A stretch of DNA of 32,000 nt from NCBI GenBank assembly GCA_022646745.1, contig CP060262.1, positions 1,350,001 to 1,382,000 on the forward strand. The letters run 5' to 3'. Under the pieces are notes generated by a model. That model was not told where the DNA came from, did not search any database, and was given only the letters and a program-made list of their open reading frames with translations. Shown here one piece after another: positions 1 to 8,394 of this stretch (positions are counted from its first letter, which is position 1; every line of letters starts with the position of its first letter). Position numbers and translations under genes: made by a program. Origin of the DNA: Planctomycetales bacterium. Lineage in GTDB: Bacteria > 4484-113 > JAFGCY01.

Positions 1-1378
1 AGTAAAGCGTTGTCATCCCGTTGTGGCCGAACACCAGCGGCCGTCCGGCGATCTCCATCATCGCGAACTGGTCCTCATTGGACACGCTGGACTTCACCAT
101 CGGGCTCCAGCTGCTGCCGTCGCCATCAGCGCCAATCGTGTAGTAGCAGGTCTGGCCCACGTCCACGGGCACGCTGATCGCCGGCCGGTTGTCAACCACA
201 CCGAGCTCCGGCTGCCAGGCATCGGTATATGTGCCGGGCAGCTCGACTTTCGGTTCCCAGAGCAGGCCGGCCCGGTCTACGGACCGGCAATAGTACAGCC
301 GGCGGTCGCCATTGCCGGCGGACCAGGCAGCCGCAGGCCGGTTGTCAATTATTTCAAGCCGTGGCTCAGTGACGGACCAGCTTGCGTCGTAATGCTCAAT
401 CTCGGTGAGGTGCCACTGCTTCTCCCATTCTTGAGTCAGGTTGCCCGCCGGTCCCTCCCCAGCGGAACTGCCTGCCCGGACCCAGTAGCGATCGGCGAAG
501 GCGGGGCTGAGGTCTGTATGGCGGAACTGCTTGCGCTCAGCAGGACTATTGTCAATGTCTGCCAGGGCCAGGCTGACGACATTACGTGTCCCGGCGCCGT
601 TGGCAGCCGTTGCCTCGGAGGGATAGCCCTGGCCCTCCACACCAGCGTACAGAGTGTATCCTTCCACCAGGTTGCCGAAATGCACTGCGATCGGCGTGAT
701 ATCCGATACGTTGATCTCCCCGTTGCCATCGCCGTCGACCATGTACTCCATCTGGCCTTCACTGAAGGGCCCGCTGCGGCCGAGGTTGATCCCGAGCGGG
801 GTCAGGTCGGCGATGTTCACCTCGCCATTCTGGTCGTAGTCCCCGGGGTTCGTGTAGTACCAGCTGAGGATGCTCCAGCGCGCATTGCGTGATAGCTGTG
901 GCTGCGCATCGGCCACCGCGCTGGGCTTGCGCCGGACTTCCGCTCCGCGCCGGAACTCAATCGTCGCCAGCAGGCCGCTGCCATCCACGCCCGGCGGGTC
1001 AGCTCCCGGCTGCAGCTCACCGTACTGCACTCTGCCGCCGCCATTGCCCGCCAGCAGGTGGATCGCTTCGCTGCCCAGCAGCCCGGCACTGTCCGCCTCG
1101 CCTGCGGTCCACTGTGAGCTGTCGTAGGCGATCTCCAGGTAGGCATGGCTCAGGGCCTTTGCATTGGCAGCCTCGATGCTGACAATCGCTCGCTCGGCAT
1201 CCCGTTCAACCGACATCCGGAACTCAGCGCTGCCACCCATCGCAAAGCTCTCCGGCAGCACGCGCAGGCTGAATTCCTTGGCGCCTGCTGACTGCTCCGG
1301 ACCCGGGCCTGCCGCTCCGCAAGCGGCGAGCATGATGGCAAGCAGGCTTGCCTGCAGTAGTGTAATCAGTCTGTACAT
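1..1378 (-). CDS. Secreted lipoprotein with cohesin-like N-domain, dockerin-like Ca-binding repeat pair and Asp-box (BNR-like) propeller region; partial, C-terminus lies left of the window
   Basis: Absent from the ORF track because it has no stop in the window. Hand translation of the minus strand from ATG 1378-1376 (AGGAG 7 nt upstream) stays open to base 2. It reads MYRLITLLQASLLAIMLAAC (lipobox) ... LSRNARWSILSWYYTNPGDYDQNGEVNIADLTPLG ... VDGDGNGEINVSDITPI ... GADGDGSSWSP. It is a collinear paralogue of 2449..4422. The listed + ORF 23..892 is its antisense shadow. Confidence 0.8.
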   Translation of the reverse strand, partial: MYRLITLLQASLLAIMLAACGAAGPGPEQSAGAKEFSLRVLPESFAMGGSAEFRMSVERDAERAIVSIEAANAKALSHAYLEIAYDSSQWTAGEADSAGLLGSEAIHLLAGNGGGRVQYGELQPGADPPGVDGSGLLATIEFRRGAEVRRKPSAVADAQPQLSRNARWSILSWYYTNPGDYDQNGEVNIADLTPLGINLGRSGPFSEGQMEYMVDGDGNGEINVSDITPIAVHFGNLVEGYTLYAGVEGQGYPSEATAANGAGTRNVVSLALADIDNSPAERKQFRHTDLSPAFADRYWVRAGSSAGEGPAGNLTQEWEKQWHLTEIEHYDASWSVTEPRLEIIDNRPAAAWSAGNGDRRLYYCRSVDRAGLLWEPKVELPGTYTDAWQPELGVVDNRPAISVPVDVGQTCYYTIGADGDGSSWSPMVKSSVSNEDQFAMMEIAGRPLVFGHNGMTTLY

Positions 1379-1390
1379 GGCATTGCTCCT

Positions 1391-1439
1391 GCCCCCGCAT
1401 GGGGCAAACCGCTGTAATACCCATTATCCACAGCGGGTT
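1391..1439 (-). terminator. Two adjacent hairpins downstream of the EamA gene; weak terminator candidate
   Basis: GCCCC-cgcat-GGGGC (1391..1405), and AACCGCTGT / ACAGCGGGTT arms (1407..1415 and 1430..1439, one bulge). Only a short T run follows on the minus strand. Confidence 0.25.
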
Positions 1440-1485
1440 AAGCAATGGTTAAACACATGCGCAGAAGCCGCGGAATGCCGTGCCG

Positions 1486-2391
1486 TTACAGCGCAGCTTC
1501 ACTGCCGGTTGGGCGGCGCCGGGCGAGCCATTTCTCCACCGGCAGTTCGCTGATCACCATCGCCAGCACGATCAGCAGGCCGCCCACGGCGCGTACCTTC
1601 ACCATCTCCTCGCCGCCGAGTGTCCAGGCGAAGATCGCGGCGAACACCGGCTCCAGGCAGAACACCAGCGCGGTCGTGACCGGCGGCACGCCCTGCTGCG
1701 CCGTCAGCTGCAGCATGAAGGCGGATAGTGTCGGGATCAGCGTCAGGAACAGCACCCAGCCCATTGTCTCGGTGCTGCCGATGCCGAATGGCCGGCCCAT
1801 CGCCACTCCGCAGATCAGCGCCGTCAGGCCGGTGAACAGCAGCTGCTGGAAGTTCAGCACATGCACATTCATCCCGCTGTTGGTGTAGCGGTCGGCGTAC
1901 AGCACATGCGCGGCGTATGTCACGGCTGCCACGAGCGTCAGCATGTCGCCATAGTTGGCCTCGTGGAAGCCGCCGGTCAGCAGCCACAGCCCACAGATTG
2001 CGATGGCGACGGCCACGAGCCGTGGCCAGGGGGAGAGCGTACGGAAGCAGATCAGGTTCAGCAGCGGCACGAACACGATGAACAGGCCTGTGATGAAGCC
2101 GCTGTTGCTGGCGGTTGTGTGCTCCAGTCCGACGGTCTGGAACACGTAAAGCACGCCGAGGATCAGGCCCAGCAATGCACCGCTTTTCCAGTTGGTCCAC
2201 AGGTTGACCCGGCGCGCTGCCAGTGGCAGCGCCATCAGCGCGGCGGCGGCGAGGAAGCGCCAGGCCACCAGCGCGTAGGGGTCTATGTTGTCAAGGCTGT
2301 CCTTGACGATGTAGAAGGTGCTGCCCCAGACGGCGGCGCAGTAGATCAGCGCGAGTTCCGCCCAGGGGGAGCGTGTGAACAGCTTCAGCAC
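1486..2391 (-). CDS. EamA/DMT-superfamily permease (10-TM drug/metabolite transporter)
   Basis: 301-aa ORF that is hydrophobic throughout, with two EamA-like halves (AAVWGSTFYIVK..., GLEHTTASNSGFITGLFIVFVPLL...). GTG start at 2391, TAA stop at 1486. Confidence 0.85.
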   Translation of the reverse strand: MLKLFTRSPWAELALIYCAAVWGSTFYIVKDSLDNIDPYALVAWRFLAAAALMALPLAARRVNLWTNWKSGALLGLILGVLYVFQTVGLEHTTASNSGFITGLFIVFVPLLNLICFRTLSPWPRLVAVAIAICGLWLLTGGFHEANYGDMLTLVAAVTYAAHVLYADRYTNSGMNVHVLNFQQLLFTGLTALICGVAMGRPFGIGSTETMGWVLFLTLIPTLSAFMLQLTAQQGVPPVTTALVFCLEPVFAAIFAWTLGGEEMVKVRAVGGLLIVLAMVISELPVEKWLARRRPTGSEAAL

Positions 2392-2448
2392 CCCGGGATT
2401 ATAGGGCAGGCGGCGTCAGGCAGCTGCGCCACTGTGCACGGCCTTCAC

Positions 2449-4422
2449 TCAGTAGAACACACTGTAGATGAATCGCTTGTTCAGGGTGGTGTAGTCCGTG
2501 TACAGGATCGCGGTATTGCCCCTCACACTGATGATCCCGCCGACCAGCAGGTCGAAGCCTGACACTCCTGCTTCGAGTATTGGCAGGTCCTCCCAGTCGG
2601 CGATTTCGCCGCTTGGGCTGTGGTGCACCAGCAGGCCGGTGCTCGCAGGGCCCTGGTCATAGGCCCACAGCCCGCCATTGGCAGCCATGAACTGCATGCT
2701 GGTGTAGTACTCCAGGCCGAAGTCCAGCAGCTGGCCGGCGGTCCAGGTGGTGGCTTCCGCAGTTGTGGCCCGCAGTTCATACAGCCGCTGCGGGTTGCCG
2801 CGTACCAGCCAGGCCCGTGGCAGCCCGTTGACAAGCTGCAGGTCGGCGAAGCGCACGATGTCTCCCTCCTGGCTGATCGGCATTGACATCAGCGGCTGGA
2901 GGTTCGGACCGGAGGCATCAAACATCGCGAAACGGGCATCCATGTTCAGCAGGTCGTAGTAGGCGATCATCAGCCTGTTGCCATCACTGGTTGCATCCAC
3001 GTAGTCAGCCTGGGCCAGCGGGTTTTCGGGCAGGAACGATGTCGGCAGCGGTGCATTGCCGTGGTGGTCCAGGATGAAATGATCGGTGAAGCGGTATGTG
3101 ATCGCATGCAGGGAGTTGCCAGTCTGGAACGCATATTCCATGTATGTGTTGTATTCGTTGTTCATCTGCAGCTCCGTGCTCCAGCTGCTGCCCTCGGCAT
3201 CGCTGCCCTCGAAGTAGCACAGCCCCTTGTTGTGCACGGAATGGAAGATCCCCGGTCTCCCGCCGATGTCAAGCAGCCAGGGGGAGTTGTTGATGTTGCT
3301 GGACGAGGGCACGATCACCGGACTGGACCAGCTCGTACCGGCGGCATTCTCGCTGATGCAGTAATGCACCCGTCCGCCGTTGTTGCCGACCACCCATGCC
3401 GCCGCCGGCCGTCCGTCAATGATCGCGGCGCGTGGTGCACCGGTGGTGCCTCCGCTGGACTCGAACTCGAACAGCGTAGTGCTGTGCCACTGCCGTTCCC
3501 AGGCCGGCGTCAGTTCGCTGCTTGCATTGTTGCTGACGGCATTCACCCAGTAGCGGTCATCCAGCCGCACCTCCAGGTCGCTGACGCGGAAATTGCGGCG
3601 CTCGGACGGGGCACCGAGCGAGTCGGCCGTGTCAATGCTGGCAACGAGGCGTGCACTGCCAGTGTTAGGGTAGCCGCTGCCGTCCTTGCTGGCCCACAGT
3701 TCATAAGCGCTGACCGTGTTGCCGAAGTTCTGCCCGATCACTGAGATGTCCGCCAGGTTGATCTCACCGTTGCCATCGCCGTCCACAATCCACTGCGCGC
3801 TGTCGCTGGCAAATGGTCCCGTTGCGCCGAAGTTCTGCCCGAGCGGGGTCAGGTCTGAGATGCTGACGATCCCGTTCTGGTCGTAGTCGCCGGGGTTCAG
3901 GTAGCTCCACGAAAGGATGTTCCAGCGCGCATTGCGGGACAGGTCGGCCACTGCCGGTACGGCCTTGCTGGCAGTGCGCGGCGTACCGGGGCCTGGCTGG
4001 TCCAGCCGGAAACTGGCAATCCGCCCGTCAGCGCTGAATGGCTTGTCCATTGCCACCCAGCCGAACTGCAGTTCGCCATCGTGCACGAGCTGCAATGACA
4101 GGGGGCTGGCATCATCCAGTTCAGTGTGCAGGCTGCTGCTGAGCTGCCCGGCATCCTCTGCCAACGGGATGGCGATGTACAGGCTGCTCATTTCATTAAG
4201 CCCGTAGGCGTACAGTTCCAGCAGCTCACTGCCGCCGATCCGTGAGCGCTCCAGCCTGAAGCTGCCGCTGCTGAACTGCGTGCCATCGAGGATGCGCAAA
4301 GCCAGCGGACTGCGGGTGGCCGGCTCAGAGCGGGTGGCGGCATGTCCACCGGTGCAGGCTGCGCACAGCAGCAGCGGCAACAGGCCACTGGCGAGTGCTG
4401 ACAGGCATCTGCGAAGCTGCAT
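2449..4422 (-). CDS. Secreted lipoprotein with cohesin-like N-domain, dockerin-like repeat pair and Asp-box/BNR-like beta-propeller
   Basis: ORF 2449..4443. The preferred start is ATG 4422, giving MQLRRCLSALASGLLPLLLCAAC (lipobox). Dockerin-like NPGDYDQNGIVSISDLTPLGQNFG ... VDGDGNGEINLADISVIGQNFG. Asp-box-like SENAAGTSWS and GSDAEGSSWS. Paralogue of 1..1378. Confidence 0.8.
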   Translation of the reverse strand: MQLRRCLSALASGLLPLLLCAACTGGHAATRSEPATRSPLALRILDGTQFSSGSFRLERSRIGGSELLELYAYGLNEMSSLYIAIPLAEDAGQLSSSLHTELDDASPLSLQLVHDGELQFGWVAMDKPFSADGRIASFRLDQPGPGTPRTASKAVPAVADLSRNARWNILSWSYLNPGDYDQNGIVSISDLTPLGQNFGATGPFASDSAQWIVDGDGNGEINLADISVIGQNFGNTVSAYELWASKDGSGYPNTGSARLVASIDTADSLGAPSERRNFRVSDLEVRLDDRYWVNAVSNNASSELTPAWERQWHSTTLFEFESSGGTTGAPRAAIIDGRPAAAWVVGNNGGRVHYCISENAAGTSWSSPVIVPSSSNINNSPWLLDIGGRPGIFHSVHNKGLCYFEGSDAEGSSWSTELQMNNEYNTYMEYAFQTGNSLHAITYRFTDHFILDHHGNAPLPTSFLPENPLAQADYVDATSDGNRLMIAYYDLLNMDARFAMFDASGPNLQPLMSMPISQEGDIVRFADLQLVNGLPRAWLVRGNPQRLYELRATTAEATTWTAGQLLDFGLEYYTSMQFMAANGGLWAYDQGPASTGLLVHHSPSGEIADWEDLPILEAGVSGFDLLVGGIISVRGNTAILYTDYTTLNKRFIYSVFY

Positions 4423-4525
4423 CCGGTCCTCTGGGCCACCCACAGGGGTTTTACCCGCTTTTAATGTCTATCAGCAATCGCACAATAGGGCAAGTGTCAG
4501 GAACTGGAGAAAGGGGACTGCTGGC

Positions 4526-4771
4526 TCAGTCCAGTTCAGGGCGGCCCAGTTCCAGCCTGAGCCGGTAGCGCGCGAAGAGGATCCAGAACAGGCCGCTTGC
4601 GAGGCCGAGGAACTTCAGGACATGCCAGAACATGCGCCAGTTGAGCGCGGAGCCGGACATTTCATCGAGGTAGCGCCGGTCGTTCATCTGCAGCGCCAGC
4701 AGCACACTGACGACGAAGGCCACCAGCTGCAGCTGCCCCGGCCAGGCTTCACCATCGCGTCGGACCAGCAC
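4526..4771 (-). CDS. Small hydrophobic membrane protein; possibly the 3' remnant of a truncated ion-transport-like gene
   Basis: 81-aa ORF from ATG 4771. The same frame stays open upstream to a TAG at 4889-4891 (...LLHTILQYAHWLIVAIFLCEYIWRVLV...) with no ATG in that extension. That upstream stop coincides with the drop in GC content. Confidence 0.4.
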   Translation of the reverse strand: MLVRRDGEAWPGQLQLVAFVVSVLLALQMNDRRYLDEMSGSALNWRMFWHVLKFLGLASGLFWILFARYRLRLELGRPELD

Positions 4772-4961
4772 CCGCCAGATGTACTCGCAAAGGAAGATGG
4801 CGACAATCAGCCAGTGGGCGTACTGGAGGATGGTGTGGAGCAGGCTGGCGGACAGGGAAGCCTCCGGTGAATCAGTGCTGCGACCAATCTAGCACGGGAG
4901 GGATCCGACCTTTCTCGGAATGACAATGGTTAAGGCCTGGCAACAGCATCCAGAAAGCAAA

Positions 4962-4993
4962 AAACCGCGCCCTGGTTACCCACAACGCGGTTT
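4962..4993 (-). terminator. Rho-independent-type hairpin read on the minus strand
   Basis: AAACCGCG (4962..4969) pairs with CGCGGTTT (4986..4993) across a 16-nt loop. On the minus strand the stem is followed by a 6-T run (+ strand A run 4959..4964). Confidence 0.35.
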
Positions 4994-5060
4994 GCCCTTT
5001 CGGGTCGGTAATGATATTGTAACGATGATGTAATGACTTGTCAAGCTGACGGATTGATAA

Positions 5061-5708
5061 ATGGCAGATGTAGCAGTTTATGTAGATGGTTTCAATGTTT
5101 ACTTTGGGCTTAAGGCCTTGATGAGTAAAAGGCAGAGAGCCTGTTACAAATGGCTGGACTACTGGGCTTTGGGAGAGGGGCTGGTGCAGTCAAGCCCGCA
5201 TGCTGCCACTGGGGACAAGCTGGTCTCAGTGAAATACTTTTCCGCACTTGTGGAGGATGATAGGAATAAGGCAGGAAAGCACGCCGCTTACATTGAAGCG
5301 CTGAAATCAAGGGGGGTGGAAGTGATACTTGGACGCTATTACACTCAGATCGAAACATGCCGCAACCCATCATGCAGTTACACTTGGCGACGGGGTGAGG
5401 AAAAACAGTCTGATGTGGCCATTGGCATCCATATGCTGGCGGATGCATATAAAGGAATGTATCAGAAGGCAATTTTGGTTACGGGCGACAGTGACCAGGT
5501 GCCAACCATCAAGGCTGTAAGGAAGGCATTTCCAGGCAGGAGCGTTGTACTTGCATACCCACCGGAGAGGAGCAGGAACAATGACCTGGAATCGGTGCTT
5601 GAATCCGGTGCGACAATGCGCTTCAACAAATGGCTTGCACAATGCCAATTACCAGCCGCAATCAAAGTCAATGGCAAGCTGATAAGGTGCCCGGAAGAAT
5701 GGCGCTGA
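5061..5708 (+). CDS. NYN-domain (LabA/PIN-like) putative ribonuclease
   Basis: 215 aa. N-terminal VAVYVDGFNVYF, central EEKQSDVAIGIHML and VTGDSDQVP match the acidic-residue pattern of NYN nucleases (from recall). A Cys-rich CRNPSCSYTW insert is present. By eye the gene is clearly lower in GC than its surroundings. Confidence 0.75.
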   Translation: MADVAVYVDGFNVYFGLKALMSKRQRACYKWLDYWALGEGLVQSSPHAATGDKLVSVKYFSALVEDDRNKAGKHAAYIEALKSRGVEVILGRYYTQIETCRNPSCSYTWRRGEEKQSDVAIGIHMLADAYKGMYQKAILVTGDSDQVPTIKAVRKAFPGRSVVLAYPPERSRNNDLESVLESGATMRFNKWLAQCQLPAAIKVNGKLIRCPEEWR

Positions 5709-5745
5709 GGGGGGGGGAAAGCCGGCAGTGGCTCTGTAAGGTTGA

Positions 5746-8394
5746 TCACTCACCCCAGTGGTAACCGACTGCAGCGGCGTCCGCTTCCGTGATCAATCCG
5801 TCCAGGTCGGAATCGGCGAACACCGTCCAGTCCGGGTCATCCGATGACATTCCCACACGTGTGCGGATGAAGTCCAGGTCGGCCTGGTTCACCTGGCCGT
5901 CCGCGTTGGCATCGCCCGGCTGGCTGAAGATCCACAGCGGGATCTCGCGGATGGCTCCGGCTTCACTTCCATTGAAGGGTCTGATTCGCAGCAGCGCGAT
6001 GCGGTTGCCAAGTGCTGACAGGGGAATGCTGGCTGGGAAGTTGGAGCCCGTGTCGATGCTCTCAATATGGATGTCCTCGCTGCCGGAGTTGTCAAACGGT
6101 GCAAGGTCCAGTTCGTAATGCACCGCATCAGAACCTGTTGCTCCGGGCAGCGAAAGCTCCAGGTCGGGAACGCCAGCGGCTTCCCCGAGGAGCTGCCAGG
6201 CCTGCAGCCCGATGAATCCGCTGTTCGCGGACGCAGCCTGGCCACCCTCCCGCTGCAGTGCATTGTCAATCCAGGCACCGGGCAGGTGTGTATCCTCCCC
6301 GCTGCCAGCACCGTCTGATTCCAGCATGACCACCACATGCAGGGATTCACCGGCAAACGGTGAGAGATCCAGTTCGAACTGCTGCATCTCCTGCAGGCCA
6401 CTGAGTGCCGCCGGAAGCTCAGGCCCTTCAAATGTCAGCTGGCTGAAGCTCAGTCCGTTGTCAGTTGTGGCCAGGAAGCGCAGGAAGTCCCTGTCCTGCT
6501 CCAGGTTGCAGGCCGCCGATACCGACAGTGAAGGCTGCACCCTGCTGGAGAGGTCAATGCGGCGGCTTACGAGCAGTTCAGTACTCCATGCCCCGTAGCC
6601 AGACTGGCCGGACACCTGCGTGGCAGCCTGGAAGCCTGCCCCGCTCAGCAGCTGCCACTGGGTGCCGCCGCCGCTGCGAAGATCACCAATGTCCCAGCCC
6701 ATCGGTCCGAACTGCCGAAGCCGTGCCAGCAGGTCGTCGGAGCAGCCTGATGAGGGCAGTGAGCAGAGCAGGTTCAATCCAGTGTAGAAGTCCTCGCCAA
6801 AGCTGGCCAATCCCGTGCCACTGTTGTCAATCACCACAGGCAGGCTGCATTGCACAGTGCTCGTGGCATTGCCGGCGCGGATCACCAGCTCATGTGCACC
6901 ATCCGGCAGCATCGTCGTATCAATGGTGACACTTGCCGGTGCATCTTCGGCCCGGGCCAGCTCCATCCCATGCGCGCTGGCACTGAGCCAGTCCGCCTCG
7001 CCGATCACAAGCGGCTGCAGCTCCAGCATGCTGGACTGGGTCAGCTGGCCCAGCTGCGGTGCGCTGATTGACAATCCATTCAGCTTGTCAAACGCGGCCG
7101 CAATATCCAACCGGGGCACCGGATGCTCACCGAAGCCGGTGGTAGGCGCTCCGCTTGAGACCAGCAGCTCGCGCAGCTCAGCGGGAGTCAGGGTCGGGTC
7201 CTCGCTCAGCAGCAGTGCCGCCGCCCCGCTCACGAAGGCCGTGGCGTAACTGTTGCCGAAACCGGGCGAGACGTAGTCATCGTCGCTGTCCTTCCAGCAG
7301 CTCTTGAGGAACACCCCGGGGGCGGCGATGTCGATGTAGTCGCCGTAGCCGCACAGCTCCGGTACCCGCGCATCCAACGCATCTGTAGAGCCGACGGACA
7401 GCGCCGTGCCATAGGCGGCGGGATACCAGGGGAAGTCATTGTCCTCATTGCCAGCGCTGCAGACCAAAAGCACGCCCTTCTCCTCGAGGATGCGGCACAT
7501 CTCCTCCTCCAGCGGATTGGGGATCTTGCTGGCCCAGGAGTAGTTGATCACCTTCGCCCCGAGATCGGCGGCGAGCAGGGCGCCTTCGACGAGCTGTGCT
7601 CTGGAAGCTGAGAGATTGTATGAAACTCTAATTGGCAGTAGTTGACAATTACTAGCTACTCCAACTATTCCTATTGAGTTATTGGCCTGTGCTCCAATCA
7701 GACCAAAAATGTAAGTGCCATGACCATTGATGTCTTCAGGTAGACTGTCATTATCAATCAAATCAAATTTCACAGTTGGATAGTCGTTGATTAGTGTATT
7801 GTATTGACCCTGCAATTCTTGATGCTGGTAGTTAATGCCTGTATCGATTACAGCAATTGATGGTGGTTGATTTAATGGATTATTCCAAACTCCATCGAAG
7901 CCACAGTGAATTTGCCCCCACATTGGATGATAATCGGTCGCGGGGACACCTAGCGAATCCAGCCAATCAGGATCGTTGAAACCTGATGACATTGCAAAAC
8001 TATGCGTGTCAGGTAACAACTTAAATTTTTCACTTGAACAATAACTCTCACAAAAACTAGATAAGTTGTGTTTTTCTGAAAACGATATTCGAATAAATCC
8101 TAACAGATACTTGGTGAAGTCAATATCAATGGTACCCGCGTAATTGTCGACTGTCGTGCGTAACTCCTCCTCATGTAAAGCCTCAAAATTGCTACTACTC
8201 AGAATCACGCTACACTGTAGCTGAGTGTCTGCATAAACAGATGCATTGGCAATTGCTATCGTATTATCAACAGTGTGCGTTGTGGGCGAGCTACATGACA
8301 CATTCCAAGCCAAACTGAGCGGGCAAAACAAGGCTAGAAAAATTACTTTTTCAACATTCACATTTGCTACTCTAGCTGAACCACCTCCAACCAT
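5746..8394 (-). CDS. Subtilisin-family (S8) serine protease with large beta-rich middle region and C-terminal dockerin-like repeat
   Basis: 882 aa. Asp motif IAVIDTGINY, His motif NGHGTYIFGL, oxyanion SAGNEDN, Ser motif GNSYATAFVSGAAALLL. C-terminal GDANADGQVNQADLDFI ... DSDLDGLITEADAAAV. N-terminal hydrophobic signal KVIFLALFCPLSLAWNVSC. The exact start is uncertain: no clear SD precedes ATG 8394, and the ORF overlaps the fibre gene by 28 nt. Confidence 0.85.
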   Translation of the reverse strand: MVGGGSARVANVNVEKVIFLALFCPLSLAWNVSCSSPTTHTVDNTIAIANASVYADTQLQCSVILSSSNFEALHEEELRTTVDNYAGTIDIDFTKYLLGFIRISFSEKHNLSSFCESYCSSEKFKLLPDTHSFAMSSGFNDPDWLDSLGVPATDYHPMWGQIHCGFDGVWNNPLNQPPSIAVIDTGINYQHQELQGQYNTLINDYPTVKFDLIDNDSLPEDINGHGTYIFGLIGAQANNSIGIVGVASNCQLLPIRVSYNLSASRAQLVEGALLAADLGAKVINYSWASKIPNPLEEEMCRILEEKGVLLVCSAGNEDNDFPWYPAAYGTALSVGSTDALDARVPELCGYGDYIDIAAPGVFLKSCWKDSDDDYVSPGFGNSYATAFVSGAAALLLSEDPTLTPAELRELLVSSGAPTTGFGEHPVPRLDIAAAFDKLNGLSISAPQLGQLTQSSMLELQPLVIGEADWLSASAHGMELARAEDAPASVTIDTTMLPDGAHELVIRAGNATSTVQCSLPVVIDNSGTGLASFGEDFYTGLNLLCSLPSSGCSDDLLARLRQFGPMGWDIGDLRSGGGTQWQLLSGAGFQAATQVSGQSGYGAWSTELLVSRRIDLSSRVQPSLSVSAACNLEQDRDFLRFLATTDNGLSFSQLTFEGPELPAALSGLQEMQQFELDLSPFAGESLHVVVMLESDGAGSGEDTHLPGAWIDNALQREGGQAASANSGFIGLQAWQLLGEAAGVPDLELSLPGATGSDAVHYELDLAPFDNSGSEDIHIESIDTGSNFPASIPLSALGNRIALLRIRPFNGSEAGAIREIPLWIFSQPGDANADGQVNQADLDFIRTRVGMSSDDPDWTVFADSDLDGLITEADAAAVGYHWGE

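Noticed and set aside
4871-5060. A tRNA gene or att-site duplication marking the island boundaries.
   Set aside because: I could not find a cloverleaf-compatible sequence or a T-loop GTTCRA motif in any intergenic region. By eye there is no direct repeat shared between 4871..5060 and 22034..22200 or 22845..22943. This needs a proper tRNAscan and repeat search.
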